A DNA stretch of 64,000 nt from an uncultured Acidimicrobiaceae bacterium (GTDB taxonomy: Bacteria > Actinomycetota > Acidimicrobiia > Spongiisociales > UBA5794): assembly GCA_947258375.1 (NCBI GenBank), contig CAMYIJ010000017.1, forward strand, positions 9,966 through 73,965. Direction: 5' to 3'. Of this stretch, positions 47,359 to 56,491 are shown one piece after another. The position numbers were made by a program, and so were the translations under genes. The notes below the pieces were generated by a model. The model made no database searches. It was given only the letters and a program-made list of their open reading frames with translations, and was not told the DNA's origin. How positions within the stretch are numbered: the stretch's first letter is position 1; each line of letters begins with the position of its first letter.

Positions 47359-50001
47359 TCACTTGGTGTCGGCGAGCGTCCCGCCGCTCCCGATGTCCAC
47401 CCGGAGCGGGACCCGGAGCTCGATCACATTCTCCATCACCTGCCTGATGAGCGCGCTGACTTCGTCGAATTCGTCGACAGGCACTTCGAGCACCAACTCA
47501 TCATGGATCTGCAAAAGCATCTCGGCGGTGAGGCCACGACTGCGGAGCGCCTGATCCAGCTCGACCATGGCCTTCTTGATGATGTCGGCCGCGGCACCCT
47601 GGATAGGGGCATTGAGCGCCATCCGCTCGCCCATCTGCCTATCACGGTAATTCGAGCTGGCCAGCTCCGGCAGGTAGCGGCGCCGGCCAAGAAGCGTTGT
47701 TGTGTAGCCAGTCGACCGGGCTTCCGCCACGATCCCCTTCATGAAGTCGCGTACCTGAGGGAACTGGGAGAAGTACGCCTCGATCTGTTCGGCCGCTTCA
47801 TCGCGACTGATCTCGAGCCGTTGCGCCAGACCGTAGGCCTCCATCCCATAGAGAAGGCCGAAGTTGACCATTTTCGCCCGGCGCCGCTGCTCGACGGTCA
47901 CGTCGTCGGGCCCGATCCCGTTGATGCGGGCGGCAGTCGCGGTGTGGATATCCATGTCGTTGGTGAAAGCCTCCACCAGACCGACGTCCTCAGAGAGGTG
48001 AGCCAGGATCCGGAGCTCTATCTGGCTGTAGTCCGCTACGAGAAAGACGCTTCCGGGTGGAGCAACAAACGCCTGGCGGATGGCGCGGCCTTCCTCAGAG
48101 CGGATCGGGATGTTCTGCAGATTCGGTTGCTCCTGCGATAACCGTCCGGTCGCGGCCGCCATCTGGTTGAACTTCCCACGCACCCGACCGTCGTCCTCGA
48201 TCAGCGGCAGCATCGCGTCCACGTACGTCGAGCGCAGCTTCTCGAGTTCGCGATACTCGAGAAGTTTGTCGACCACGGCGTGTTCGGTTCGCAGCTTCTG
48301 AAGAACGGAGGCATCGGTTGACGGGACTCCCTTGGGAGTTTTCTTGAGCACGGGCAGATCCAGACGCTCGAAGAGCACCTCACGCAACTGCAACGTCGAG
48401 TTGATATTGAACACGCCACCCGCCGCTTCATGGATTTCCTCTTCGAGCACTCCGAGCCGGCGGCGCAGGTTGGCACCGAACTCTTCGAGGAACTCGCGAT
48501 CGACGCCAATTCCGGTCGCCTCCATCGACGCCAGCAGCGGAACCATTGGAAGCTCGATCAACGCCATCAAGTCCAGGCTCCCGCGGGCCTCGAGCTGCTG
48601 TTGCAGGGGCTCGACCAACCGGGCCACGGTCACCGCCCGCCGCCCGGATGCCTCGAGATCGGGTCCGTCGACCGCGCCCTCGAAGTCGAAGGCACGCTGA
48701 GGAGCCGCCTCCTCGCCGTCACCGTCGGGGGGCTCGAGCGAGACACCGAGCTCGCGGTACGCCAGTTCCTCGAGCGTGGGGGTGCGCTGCGCCGGATTTA
48801 TCAGGTACGCCGCCAGGGCCGTGTCGAATGCAACCTGGGGAACCGCCATATCGGCCGTTGCCATTTCGCGCAACAATGCCTTTGTATCGTGCCCGATCAT
48901 CGAGTCGACCTCTCCGAGCAGGGACCCGACATCCAGCAACCTGATGAATCGGGCTCTCGTGTCGTCGAGAGCAAACGTGACTCCGATCAGCTCACCGCTT
49001 TCCCACACCGGGTCGACCGCACGCGGCGCATCCCCGAGTTCGGTCGCGACGGCCTCAGGTGATCCCGAGAGCACCTCCACATCGAGCGTGTGTCCGGCAA
49101 CCACCTGATCGACATCGCCCTCCAGTTCCAGCAATCGTTCCCAGAGCGAGCGGAAGGCGAGACCGTCAAAGACGGGACGGATGTCTTCGAACTGCCACTC
49201 TCGCAGCGAAAAACCGTCGAGCGCCACTGTGCCGCCGGAGACGTCTGGGAACGAGACATCGGTTACGAGGCGCATCAGGTCTCGATTGAGCATCACCTGC
49301 TCTTCGCTGGCGGCCAGGTTCTCCTTCAGTTTCGGGCTCTGTTCGTCCAGGTGGGCGAAGATCCCCTCGAGCGAGCCGTACTCGCGGAGCAGCTTCGAAG
49401 CCGTCTTCTCCCCCACGCCGGGCACGCCCGGCAGGTTGTCCGAAGTGTCCCCGCGCAACGCGGCATACTCGACGTATTTCTCCGGGGACACGCCGTAGCG
49501 GTCTTCGATCCACCCCGGAGTTGCTTCGACGACATCGGAGATTCCCCGCCGCGTATAGAGCACCGTGGTTGATGGGCCGGAGAGCTGGAAGGCGTCCCGG
49601 TCGCCGGTGACAACGATGATCTCCCAACCCTCTTTGCGGCCTTGCACCGCAAGCGTCGCGATGATGTCGTCCGCCTCGAATCCCGGTGCAGACAACTGGG
49701 AGATCTGCATAACCTCGAGCACCTCGCGAATCAGCGGCAGCTGGCTGGCAAACAGGTCGGGCGGCGACTCACGCTGCGCCTTGTACGCAGCGTACCTCTC
49801 GCTGCGGAAGGTCGGGCCGCGCAGATCCCACGCCACGGCCACCGCATCAGGGCGTTCGTCCCCGAGTAGCTTGATCAACATCGATGTGAAGCCGAACACG
49901 GCATTGGTCACCTGCCCGGCGGGCGTCGCCAAGTCCGAGGGAAGGGCATAGAAGGCTCTGTAGGCGAGGCTGTGGCCGTCGAGAAGCGCAAGTTTCGGCA
50001 T
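47359..50001 (-). CDS. polA: DNA polymerase I
   Basis: 5'-nuclease N-terminus (LLDGHSLAYRAFYA), and polymerase motifs A/B/C (DYSQIELR, RRRAKMVNFGLLYG, QIHDELV). Confidence 0.95.
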   Translation of the reverse strand: MPKLALLDGHSLAYRAFYALPSDLATPAGQVTNAVFGFTSMLIKLLGDERPDAVAVAWDLRGPTFRSERYAAYKAQRESPPDLFASQLPLIREVLEVMQISQLSAPGFEADDIIATLAVQGRKEGWEIIVVTGDRDAFQLSGPSTTVLYTRRGISDVVEATPGWIEDRYGVSPEKYVEYAALRGDTSDNLPGVPGVGEKTASKLLREYGSLEGIFAHLDEQSPKLKENLAASEEQVMLNRDLMRLVTDVSFPDVSGGTVALDGFSLREWQFEDIRPVFDGLAFRSLWERLLELEGDVDQVVAGHTLDVEVLSGSPEAVATELGDAPRAVDPVWESGELIGVTFALDDTRARFIRLLDVGSLLGEVDSMIGHDTKALLREMATADMAVPQVAFDTALAAYLINPAQRTPTLEELAYRELGVSLEPPDGDGEEAAPQRAFDFEGAVDGPDLEASGRRAVTVARLVEPLQQQLEARGSLDLMALIELPMVPLLASMEATGIGVDREFLEEFGANLRRRLGVLEEEIHEAAGGVFNINSTLQLREVLFERLDLPVLKKTPKGVPSTDASVLQKLRTEHAVVDKLLEYRELEKLRSTYVDAMLPLIEDDGRVRGKFNQMAAATGRLSQEQPNLQNIPIRSEEGRAIRQAFVAPPGSVFLVADYSQIELRILAHLSEDVGLVEAFTNDMDIHTATAARINGIGPDDVTVEQRRRAKMVNFGLLYGMEAYGLAQRLEISRDEAAEQIEAYFSQFPQVRDFMKGIVAEARSTGYTTTLLGRRRYLPELASSNYRDRQMGERMALNAPIQGAAADIIKKAMVELDQALRSRGLTAEMLLQIHDELVLEVPVDEFDEVSALIRQVMENVIELRVPLRVDIGSGGTLADTK

Positions 50002-50082
50002 AGAGCCACAGTAGTTACGTATCTACTGCCGCGCGACGCGCCGTGGCCGGCTTCGGCGACTCTATGGTCTCGAACAGGTCCC

Positions 50083-51534
50083 TTATGGAAGCAGCTTCAC
50101 GGGGTTGCCTCGCATACGGGCAGTCCACGTCGTGGTATCGGTGGCCCCACCGGGATAGTCATATACCACGTGCCACCAGCAGTCGGTGCACGTGTACGTG
50201 TCGGGGAGGTCAATCGAGACATACAGCCAGTCGTCGTGGTAATTGTGGGCGGGCCGTGTCGTGTCGATTATGCACTGGCCGAGGTTCTGGTCAACGCCGT
50301 CGCTCGGAATCTGCAGGTGGCACGGTGGCGATGTCCCATCGGGACCAACGATGCGAATCTCGTTGTTGCCATTCGCTTCACCCGGGTCGAACAAGTCGAT
50401 CTCCATAGTCTTCCCGGCGTTGATCGGCAGCACTTCCGCGAGGTAGAAGTCGGTCAGCCCGGAATTGACGTTTGCGTAGATCGACATGTCCCCGACGGCA
50501 AACAGAGCCGGCTGCGGTCCCGTGGAAGCAGTGGCCCGCATCGACCAGCGATTGAGCCCGTAACCCTCGCCGATGATCTCGACACGAATCGGATAGGTAC
50601 CGGCGTCGACCGACCGTGAGCAGAAGTTCTGCCACGCGAACGGAGTGCCAGCCGGGTCCGGTGCATAGTCGCGAACACAAAGCGGCGTTCCGGTAAACGA
50701 CTGGGATAGCGTATCCACCCTCTCGTAAAGGGTGAACCTCGTGGTTGGACCTGCCCCGGCGATCGGGTTGTCGCCGGCATTCGTGTTGTTGCCGCCTCCC
50801 TGGACAAACGCCGGGTCGAGCAAGTCGATCGTCAAGTTGGTGTCGGTGGGGACGTCGACTGCAAACACGTAGCCGTCCTCTCTCCACAATGGATTCTGAT
50901 TACAGCCCGACCCATTTCCGTCGGCGCAGTAGGACGAATAGGCATCACCCATTCCATTGTCTGTGTATTTGCCGTGGATGTTGCCCCAGAAGTTCGAGCA
51001 ATCCGTTTCCGTTCCAATGTTCGGGGCGCAGCCGGGGTCGTTGCCGAATTGATTGTCGGGGCTCCCGAGCGGGAGCGGCCTGATGTACTCAGCCGTGGCA
51101 TCTCTTGCGACCGTCACAGAGTTGACGCCGAAGACCTTCATGAAGAACGTCGGAACCTCCCTTGTGACCCCGACATTCAATTGGGTCGGGTGGCCGGGCA
51201 CTTCGTTCGGGGTGACCGACTCCGTGGCACCGGTGCTGTAGCCGTTGCGATCGGCGACGTCGATTGCCACGTCGTGGGCCTCCGAAGAGTTGAATGGAGT
51301 CGATGCCGGATAGGGCATGTGGATTACGCCTGCCAGGGCGGAGGCTTCTGCTGCTTTCTGGGCTTCGGTCGCTTGCCAGTACAGGAAGCCAAGATCGATG
51401 GCGAATGCGGCCATGCCCATCATGACGACCAGCAACAGTGAAACCAACACAATGGTGGCGCCCCGCTCGTTGTTGGCATCCTCAGACCCGGGCTCACCCA
51501 CTCCGGCAACGGCTCGGAAACGACGACGGATCAC
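50083..51534 (-). CDS. tadG: TadG-like pilus-associated protein (TadE/G-like N-terminal helix plus large Cys-rich extracellular region)
   Basis: ERGATIVLVSLLLVVMMGMAAFAIDLGFLY matches the Tad_N/TadG N-terminal motif. Two similar beta-rich modules carry ...IDL(L/F)DP... . The GTG start overlaps the tadE stop (GTGA). Confidence 0.7.
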   Translation of the reverse strand: MIRRRFRAVAGVGEPGSEDANNERGATIVLVSLLLVVMMGMAAFAIDLGFLYWQATEAQKAAEASALAGVIHMPYPASTPFNSSEAHDVAIDVADRNGYSTGATESVTPNEVPGHPTQLNVGVTREVPTFFMKVFGVNSVTVARDATAEYIRPLPLGSPDNQFGNDPGCAPNIGTETDCSNFWGNIHGKYTDNGMGDAYSSYCADGNGSGCNQNPLWREDGYVFAVDVPTDTNLTIDLLDPAFVQGGGNNTNAGDNPIAGAGPTTRFTLYERVDTLSQSFTGTPLCVRDYAPDPAGTPFAWQNFCSRSVDAGTYPIRVEIIGEGYGLNRWSMRATASTGPQPALFAVGDMSIYANVNSGLTDFYLAEVLPINAGKTMEIDLFDPGEANGNNEIRIVGPDGTSPPCHLQIPSDGVDQNLGQCIIDTTRPAHNYHDDWLYVSIDLPDTYTCTDCWWHVVYDYPGGATDTTTWTARMRGNPVKLLP

Positions 51535-52169
51535 GGCGCAAACACCTGAGGCTCAATACGCATCAGCGCAGACTCAATCCAGCAATTGACCCCGGGCGAC
51601 GCACAGGTCACGTCACTCATCGGCAGGAATCCACTCACCCAATCATGCGCATATCCCAGCCGGAGACCCAACACATCGAGATCAGGCAACGCATCATCTC
51701 GACCCGTCCACCGCACAACCGCCGGGTCTTCGGGACACGGCGACCAATCACACGTCGGCGAGAATCCGGGAACGTACACGTAACGGGAGCAACGAGGGCC
51801 CGGACACGGGCCGGCCGGAGTCCCATCAGAACGGGCCTCGAAGATGTCGACATAGCGAACGATCCCCAGACCCGAGTTCGGGAGTGTGGATAGCGACTGC
51901 TCCAGTGACCGCAGAATCGTGATGTCTGCGTCAGGCGATGACCCCATCGATGCCCCCACCCGCGCCGCACTCTGAGTGGCGTTGGCGACCGTCAGCCGAT
52001 CCCGGAACATCAATCCGAATTCGAGAATCCCAAAAAGCAAGGCAAAGAGCAGAGTCGCCACCATGGCGAATTCGACCAGAGCCGCCCCCCGGTCACCATC
52101 ACGAATCGCTCGCCATAGGCTGACGGCGCGGCTCCTTGTAGCCCTTCGTGGGTGTCCTCGGTCCGCCAC
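51531..52169 (-). CDS. tadE: TadE-like pseudopilin
   Basis: DRGAALVEFAMVATLLFALLFGILEFGLMF is the TadE-like N-terminal motif. Confidence 0.75.
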   Translation of the reverse strand: MADRGHPRRATRSRAVSLWRAIRDGDRGAALVEFAMVATLLFALLFGILEFGLMFRDRLTVANATQSAARVGASMGSSPDADITILRSLEQSLSTLPNSGLGIVRYVDIFEARSDGTPAGPCPGPRCSRYVYVPGFSPTCDWSPCPEDPAVVRWTGRDDALPDLDVLGLRLGYAHDWVSGFLPMSDVTCASPGVNCWIESALMRIEPQVFAP

Positions 52170-52346
52170 GGTAATCCTCTCGTTTCCCTGTCTCGAGACC
52201 GTCCGATCGAATGGATCTTTGACGCTCTCAGTACTTGCTTTGCTACCGAGAGTGTAGGAGACGATGACCCAAATTGGTATGGCTCAGGCCATACCATTTC
52301 TCTAATGGCAAACCTGTGAGCCGGTCGACTAGTCACCTCTCAACCG

Positions 52347-52625
52347 CTAGTCGGCGAGCCTGTCGAGAAGCCGATTCCGCTTGTGGTCGAGCTTGGCCCG
52401 TCGCTTCTCCAAGCCCGCAATGTGCGCCTGCATGCGCACTACGTCCCCCGCGGTTTCCCGAGCTTCGGATCGATCGATGGAGGATTCACTCACTGCGGCG
52501 TCGCGTTGCGCGTCGTCGTTCAGATGGTCATGGAAGATGAGTTCCTCGCGTGCCAGGTGAATCGCCTGATCCAGCGCCGCGATCTCATCCCCGAGGCGAA
52601 ATAGGGTACGTTCCGTTCTCTTCAT
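52347..52625 (-). CDS. Hypothetical coiled-coil protein (92 aa)
   Basis: Charged heptad-like sequence (…AHIAGLEKRRAKLDHKRNRLLDRLAD). The ATG lies 7 nt downstream of the tRNA-Leu 3' end, and no SD is visible. Confidence 0.45.
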   Translation of the reverse strand: MKRTERTLFRLGDEIAALDQAIHLAREELIFHDHLNDDAQRDAAVSESSIDRSEARETAGDVVRMQAHIAGLEKRRAKLDHKRNRLLDRLAD

Positions 52626-52631
52626 TCAAGG

Positions 52632-52715
52632 TACCGGGAGGGGGACTCGAACCCCCACGGACTTGCGTCCAACGGATTTTGAGTCCGTCGCGTCTACCAA
52701 TTTCGCCATCCCGGC
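52632..52715 (-). tRNA. tRNA-Leu (anticodon CAA), class II with long variable arm
   Basis: Hand-folded: acceptor GCCGGGA/UCCCGGU (G1-U72 wobble), 3-bp D stem GCG/CGC, anticodon stem ACGGA/UCCGU with loop CUCAAAA, variable arm GGAC-GCAA-GUCC, and T arm GGGGG-UUCGAGU-CCCCC. The 3' tail is ACCU, so CCA is not fully encoded. Confidence 0.88.
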
Positions 52716-52722
52716 TTGTTTG

Positions 52723-52813
52723 TCAGTAGTCAGTACTCAGTATTCAGTACTCAGTATTCAGTACTCAGTATTCAGTACTCAGTATTCAGTACTCAGTATT
52801 CAGTACTCAGTAC
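52723..52813. repeat. 13 tandem heptads TCAGTAY (14-nt super-unit TCAGTACTCAGTAT), AT-rich
   Basis: TCAGTAG TCAGTAC (TCAGTAT TCAGTAC)x5 TCAGTAC. Degenerate copies follow, to about 52855 (GAAGTGC, AAAGTAC, TAACTAC, GAAGTAC). It produces AGTACT palindromes every 14 bp. Confidence 0.95.
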
Positions 52814-52858
52814 GAAGTGCGCATACAAAGTACTAACTACCAGGTGTGAAGTACAAAG

Positions 52859-52890
52859 CGGATTCAAGCGACAGTTGCGGTCGAATCCGC
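52859..52890 (-). terminator. Possible terminator of the trp operon
   Basis: GCGGATTC (52859-66) pairs with GAATCCGC (52883-90). In minus sense it is followed by TTTGTACTT. The loop is long (16 nt) with some internal pairing. Confidence 0.3.
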
Positions 52891-53088
52891 GAAGACCTTT
52901 TGTAGCGGGGACTCGTTGGCCTTGGGTGTGGTGCGTTCGTACCGGTCGGTTCAACGAGCCCCCGCTGATCTGGATACCGAGTCGAAGGGGTGACCTGGCT
53001 CCATGATCAAGTGTGCGGTGGCGCGGCCACGGTGAACAGAAGGATTTGCCTACATTCCGGATGGACTAGCCCGTTGCGGGTCGGTCGC

Positions 53089-53889
53089 TCAGCGGCGCAC
53101 CGCGACCGCGAGATCGGCAACAGCCGTCGCGAGTTCGTGTGCCGCGGCGTCCGGGCCCGAGGCGTCGAGAACGCGGCGCACCAGCGCCGACCCGACGATG
53201 ACGCCGTCACTGACAAGAGCGGCTTCGTGCGCCGCTTCAGGTGTCGAGATCCCGACGCCCAGCACGAGTGGGCCGGCGGTAGCAGCATGAATCCGTTCCG
53301 CCAGGCCCGCAGCGCGGCTCGACGCCTGGTCTCGCCGACCCGTCACACCCAGCTCGGCAACTCCGTAGACGAATAGCGGGTCCCGGGCAACGACATCGGC
53401 CAGACGGGCATCGTCAGTGGTGGGGGCAACAAAGAGAACCAACCCGATGCCGGCTGCCCGGCAGGCCTCGGCGATCTCGTCGGACTCATCTGCCGGCAGA
53501 TCGGCCACGATCAGGCCGGATCCGCCCGCGGCGGCCACATGCTCGGCAAACCGTGCTGGTCCAACTGCGAGCACAGGGTTGACGTATGTCATGACGACGG
53601 CCGGCTTGCCAGTGGCGGCCACCACCTGCTCGACGAGCTGGAGACTCGAGTATGTCGTGGCTCCCCGGGCGAGGGCGCGGAGCCCCGCCTCGTGGATGGT
53701 GGGACCGTCCATGAGGGGGTCCGAGTACGGAATACCCACCTCGAACCCATCGGCACCCGACTCAGCCATGGCCGTGAACATATCCAGAGCCGATGCCGGG
53801 TCCGGCAACCCTGATGTCATGAACGGCAGCAAAGCGGCCCGGTTCTCATCCCGCGCCGCGGCGAACATGCTTCGCATCCGCTCAGCCAT
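53089..53889 (-). CDS. trpA: Tryptophan synthase alpha chain
   Basis: [11 protein letters not shown]...[21 protein letters not shown]...[11 protein letters not shown] 53889 overlaps the trpB stop (ATGGCTGA). Confidence 0.92.
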   Translation of the reverse strand: MAERMRSMFAAARDENRAALLPFMTSGLPDPASALDMFTAMAESGADGFEVGIPYSDPLMDGPTIHEAGLRALARGATTYSSLQLVEQVVAATGKPAVVMTYVNPVLAVGPARFAEHVAAAGGSGLIVADLPADESDEIAEACRAAGIGLVLFVAPTTDDARLADVVARDPLFVYGVAELGVTGRRDQASSRAAGLAERIHAATAGPLVLGVGISTPEAAHEAALVSDGVIVGSALVRRVLDASGPDAAAHELATAVADLAVAVRR

Positions 53890-55066
53890 CGAATTTCTCG
53901 ATCTGCTCGACATCTTTGTCGCCGCGACCCGAGAGGTTGAGCACGACTGTCTTCCCCTCGAGTTCCGGCGCCGCCGCCATAATCCAGGCAAGCCCGTGGG
54001 CCGATTCGAGCGCCGGAATGATGCCTTCGGTCTCGCTCATGATTCGTAGTGCGCCGAGTGCATCGTCGTCGGTCACTGCGACGTACCGGGCAATACCGGT
54101 ATCCCGATACAGAGAATGCTCCGGTCCGACACCCGGGTAGTCCAGCCCGGCGCTGATCGAGTGCGCCTCGATTATCTGCCCCTGCTCATCCTGAAGCAGG
54201 TAGGTGCGCGATCCGTGAATCACTCCTGGTGAGCCGGCGACCAGAGAGGCGCCATGAGAGCCGGTTTCGATACCGAATCCCGCGGCCTCGACCCCGACCA
54301 GGTCGATGCCGGCGTCCCGGTAGGGGTGGAAGATCCCCATGGCGTTCGAGCCGCCACCGACGCAGGCGACGATGACGTCGGGCCGCGGCCGCCCGGGAGA
54401 ACCGTCCAACTGGGTCTGCAGTTCCTCACCAATCACCTTCTGGAACTCTCTCACGATGAGCGGGAAAGGATGCGGCCCAACGACCGAGCCGATCACGTAG
54501 TGGGTGTTCTCGACCGAGCCGACCCAATCACGCATCGCCTCGGAGACAGCATCCTTGAGGGTGGCGGCGCCCTTCTCGACGCTGATGACCTCGGCGCCCA
54601 TCAGCTGCATTCGATAGACGTTCAGCCTCTGCCGCTCGACGTCTTTGGCGCCCATGTATACGACACACTCGAGGCCGAGCAGCGCGCAGGCCGTCGCGGT
54701 GGCGACACCGTGTTGGCCGGCCCCGGTTTCAGCGATAACGCGCGGTTTACCCATCCGGGCGGCGAGGAGCGCCTGGCCAATGGTGTTGTTGACTTTGTGG
54801 GCACCCGTGTGGGCCAGGTCTTCTCGCTTGAACCAGAGGTCGATGCCCAGCTGCTCGGATAGGCGATTGGCCCGAAACACGGGTGTCGGGCGCCCAACAT
54901 AATCTGCCAGGAGCTGATTCAGTTGCCCGGTGAACTCAGGATCGGCAACGGCCTCGTAGAACGCTTGCTCGAGCTCAAAGAGTGCCGGCATCAGGGTTTC
55001 CGGAGCGAAACGCCCGCCATAGTCGCCGAAGCGCCCGCGAGCGTTGGGGGGGAATTCGATGGGCAC
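53882..55066 (-). CDS. trpB: Tryptophan synthase beta chain
   Basis: [15 protein letters not shown] (PLP lysine), GAGQHG and GGGSNAMG motifs. Confidence 0.95.
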   Translation of the reverse strand: MPIEFPPNARGRFGDYGGRFAPETLMPALFELEQAFYEAVADPEFTGQLNQLLADYVGRPTPVFRANRLSEQLGIDLWFKREDLAHTGAHKVNNTIGQALLAARMGKPRVIAETGAGQHGVATATACALLGLECVVYMGAKDVERQRLNVYRMQLMGAEVISVEKGAATLKDAVSEAMRDWVGSVENTHYVIGSVVGPHPFPLIVREFQKVIGEELQTQLDGSPGRPRPDVIVACVGGGSNAMGIFHPYRDAGIDLVGVEAAGFGIETGSHGASLVAGSPGVIHGSRTYLLQDEQGQIIEAHSISAGLDYPGVGPEHSLYRDTGIARYVAVTDDDALGALRIMSETEGIIPALESAHGLAWIMAAAPELEGKTVVLNLSGRGDKDVEQIEKFDG

Positions 55067-55068
55067 GG

Positions 55069-55689
55069 CTACTCCTCCGCCGATCTGGCGGCCTCGATGA
55101 AGGCCGCCACCTTACCGTGGTCCTTGATACCGGCGGCCGCCTCGAGACCGCTCGAGGCGTCGACTCCCCAAGGGCGGGCGACGCTGATCGCTTGCGCCAC
55201 GTTGCCCGGATTGAGGCCGCCGGCCAGAACCGCTCCTTCGACTCCCCTGGCCATGCTCCAGTCGAATGAACGGCCGCTCCCTCCGCTGCCCAAAGCCGTC
55301 GCCGTATCGAGCAGCGGACGAGCCCCGGTAGGCACGGTGGATACATCGATGGAGACGTCCGCGGTCACGGGCACCGGCACCAGGGAGCCCAAGCCTGCTG
55401 CCATCGCAGCCTCTGCGATTGCGGTCGCCTCCGTGCCGTAAGGTTGCACGGTGTCGGCCCCGACTCGCGTGGCGAGATCCACTGCGCTCTCGGGGCTGCC
55501 CTCAACGAGCACGACGACCTCAACCCGACCTCTGGCAATAGCCGCCAGCTCGGCGACCCGAACCGGATCGATCCGGCGGGGAGAGCGGGCGACGAGCACA
55601 AGCCCGGCCGCATCGGCACCGGACCTGATTACCGCTTCGACATCGGCGCGCCGCGTCAGGCCGCAGATCTTCACCCACATACGCGTCAC
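55069..55689 (-). CDS. trpF: Phosphoribosylanthranilate isomerase
   Basis: [16 protein letters not shown]...GLVLV..SPR...VQPYG...[10 protein letters not shown]...GVDASSGLE, typical PRAI blocks. Confidence 0.88.
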   Translation of the reverse strand: MTRMWVKICGLTRRADVEAVIRSGADAAGLVLVARSPRRIDPVRVAELAAIARGRVEVVVLVEGSPESAVDLATRVGADTVQPYGTEATAIAEAAMAAGLGSLVPVPVTADVSIDVSTVPTGARPLLDTATALGSGGSGRSFDWSMARGVEGAVLAGGLNPGNVAQAISVARPWGVDASSGLEAAAGIKDHGKVAAFIEAARSAEE

Positions 55690-55691
55690 CG

Positions 55692-56459
55692 CTATTGACC
55701 GGCGGCACGCAGCTCGGCAACTAGAGCCGCCGGATCCGGACTACGTACCAGAGCCTCGCCTACCAGAATCGCGTCGAATCCGGCCGCGGCCATCCGGGCG
55801 GCCGCGGCGGCCGACGAAACGCCAGATTCCGCCACAGTCGTGGGAGCAGCAATCGAGGGTGCCAGCGTCTCGGCAGTGGCGAGGTCCGTCTCGAAGGTGC
55901 GAAGGTCCCTGTTGTTCACGCCGATGATCGTGGCGCCGCTGCGATTCGCCAGCTCCAGCTCAGCCTCGTCGTGCGCCTCCACAAGCGCTTCGATCTCCAG
56001 CTCGGCGGCAACAGTGAGCAACCCGAGCAGCGAGTCCTCGTCGAGGGCGGCCACTATCAGCAAGACGGCATCGGCCCCGGCCGCTTTGGCCTCGTACATC
56101 TGGGTTTCGTCGAGTATGAAGTCCTTGCGCAACACCGGCAGGTCAACGGCGTTGCACACGGCTATGAGATCCTCGAGAGAGCCTCCGAAAAAGTCCGGCT
56201 CTGTGACGACAGAGATTGCCGCGGCTCCGCCGGCTTCGTAGCTCCGGGCCAGCTCTGCGGGGTCGAGCCCCGGGCCAATCGCTCCTGCAGAAGGCGACTT
56301 ACGCTTGATCTCTGCTATCACCTGCAATCCCGGCTGGGCCAGGGCGGCCCCGAAATCAGGCCCCAGTGGAACTGAAGTGGCCGCGACGCGCAGGTCGATC
56401 AGGTGCGGCTGCAGCGCGTCCGCACGCGTCTGAGCCGTTTGGAGAATCTCTTCGAGCAT
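55692..56459 (-). CDS. trpC: Indole-3-glycerol phosphate synthase
   Basis: VIAEIKRKSPSAG...ISVVTEPDFFGGS...LRKDFI...GVNNRDL...VAESG motifs. Confidence 0.92.
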   Translation of the reverse strand: MLEEILQTAQTRADALQPHLIDLRVAATSVPLGPDFGAALAQPGLQVIAEIKRKSPSAGAIGPGLDPAELARSYEAGGAAAISVVTEPDFFGGSLEDLIAVCNAVDLPVLRKDFILDETQMYEAKAAGADAVLLIVAALDEDSLLGLLTVAAELEIEALVEAHDEAELELANRSGATIIGVNNRDLRTFETDLATAETLAPSIAAPTTVAESGVSSAAAAARMAAAGFDAILVGEALVRSPDPAALVAELRAAGQ

Positions 56460-56491
56460 GCGACCTGAATCGTAATCGGTCTTCGCAGGCG

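Noticed and set aside
50011-50026. A near-perfect AT-rich palindrome GTAGTTACGTATCTAC just upstream of the polA ATG, possibly sharing a regulator with the palindromes at 2783-2816.
   Set aside because: It is a single copy with one mismatch. Its half-sites and spacing differ from GATAC-N2-GTATC and AGATA-N2-TATCT, so a common operator is unsupported. It is noted only as a curiosity, since it occupies the place where an SD would be expected.
50002-52715. A tRNA-Leu-anchored genomic island carrying tadE/tadG (or the whole tad region).
   Set aside because: No integrase or recombinase is present. I found no direct repeat of the tRNA 3' end at 50002-50082, 45381-45502 or 38257-38450. The supposed island would contain the core genes polA and rpsA.
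52716-53006. A 96-aa ORF translating the heptad array (…QYSVFSTQYSVLSIQYSVFSTQYSVLS…).
   Set aside because: The repeat peptide is a by-product of a 7-nt (non-triplet-phase) DNA repeat read through three phases. There is no SD and it is AT-rich, unlike the coding regions here. It is treated as a DNA-level repeat.
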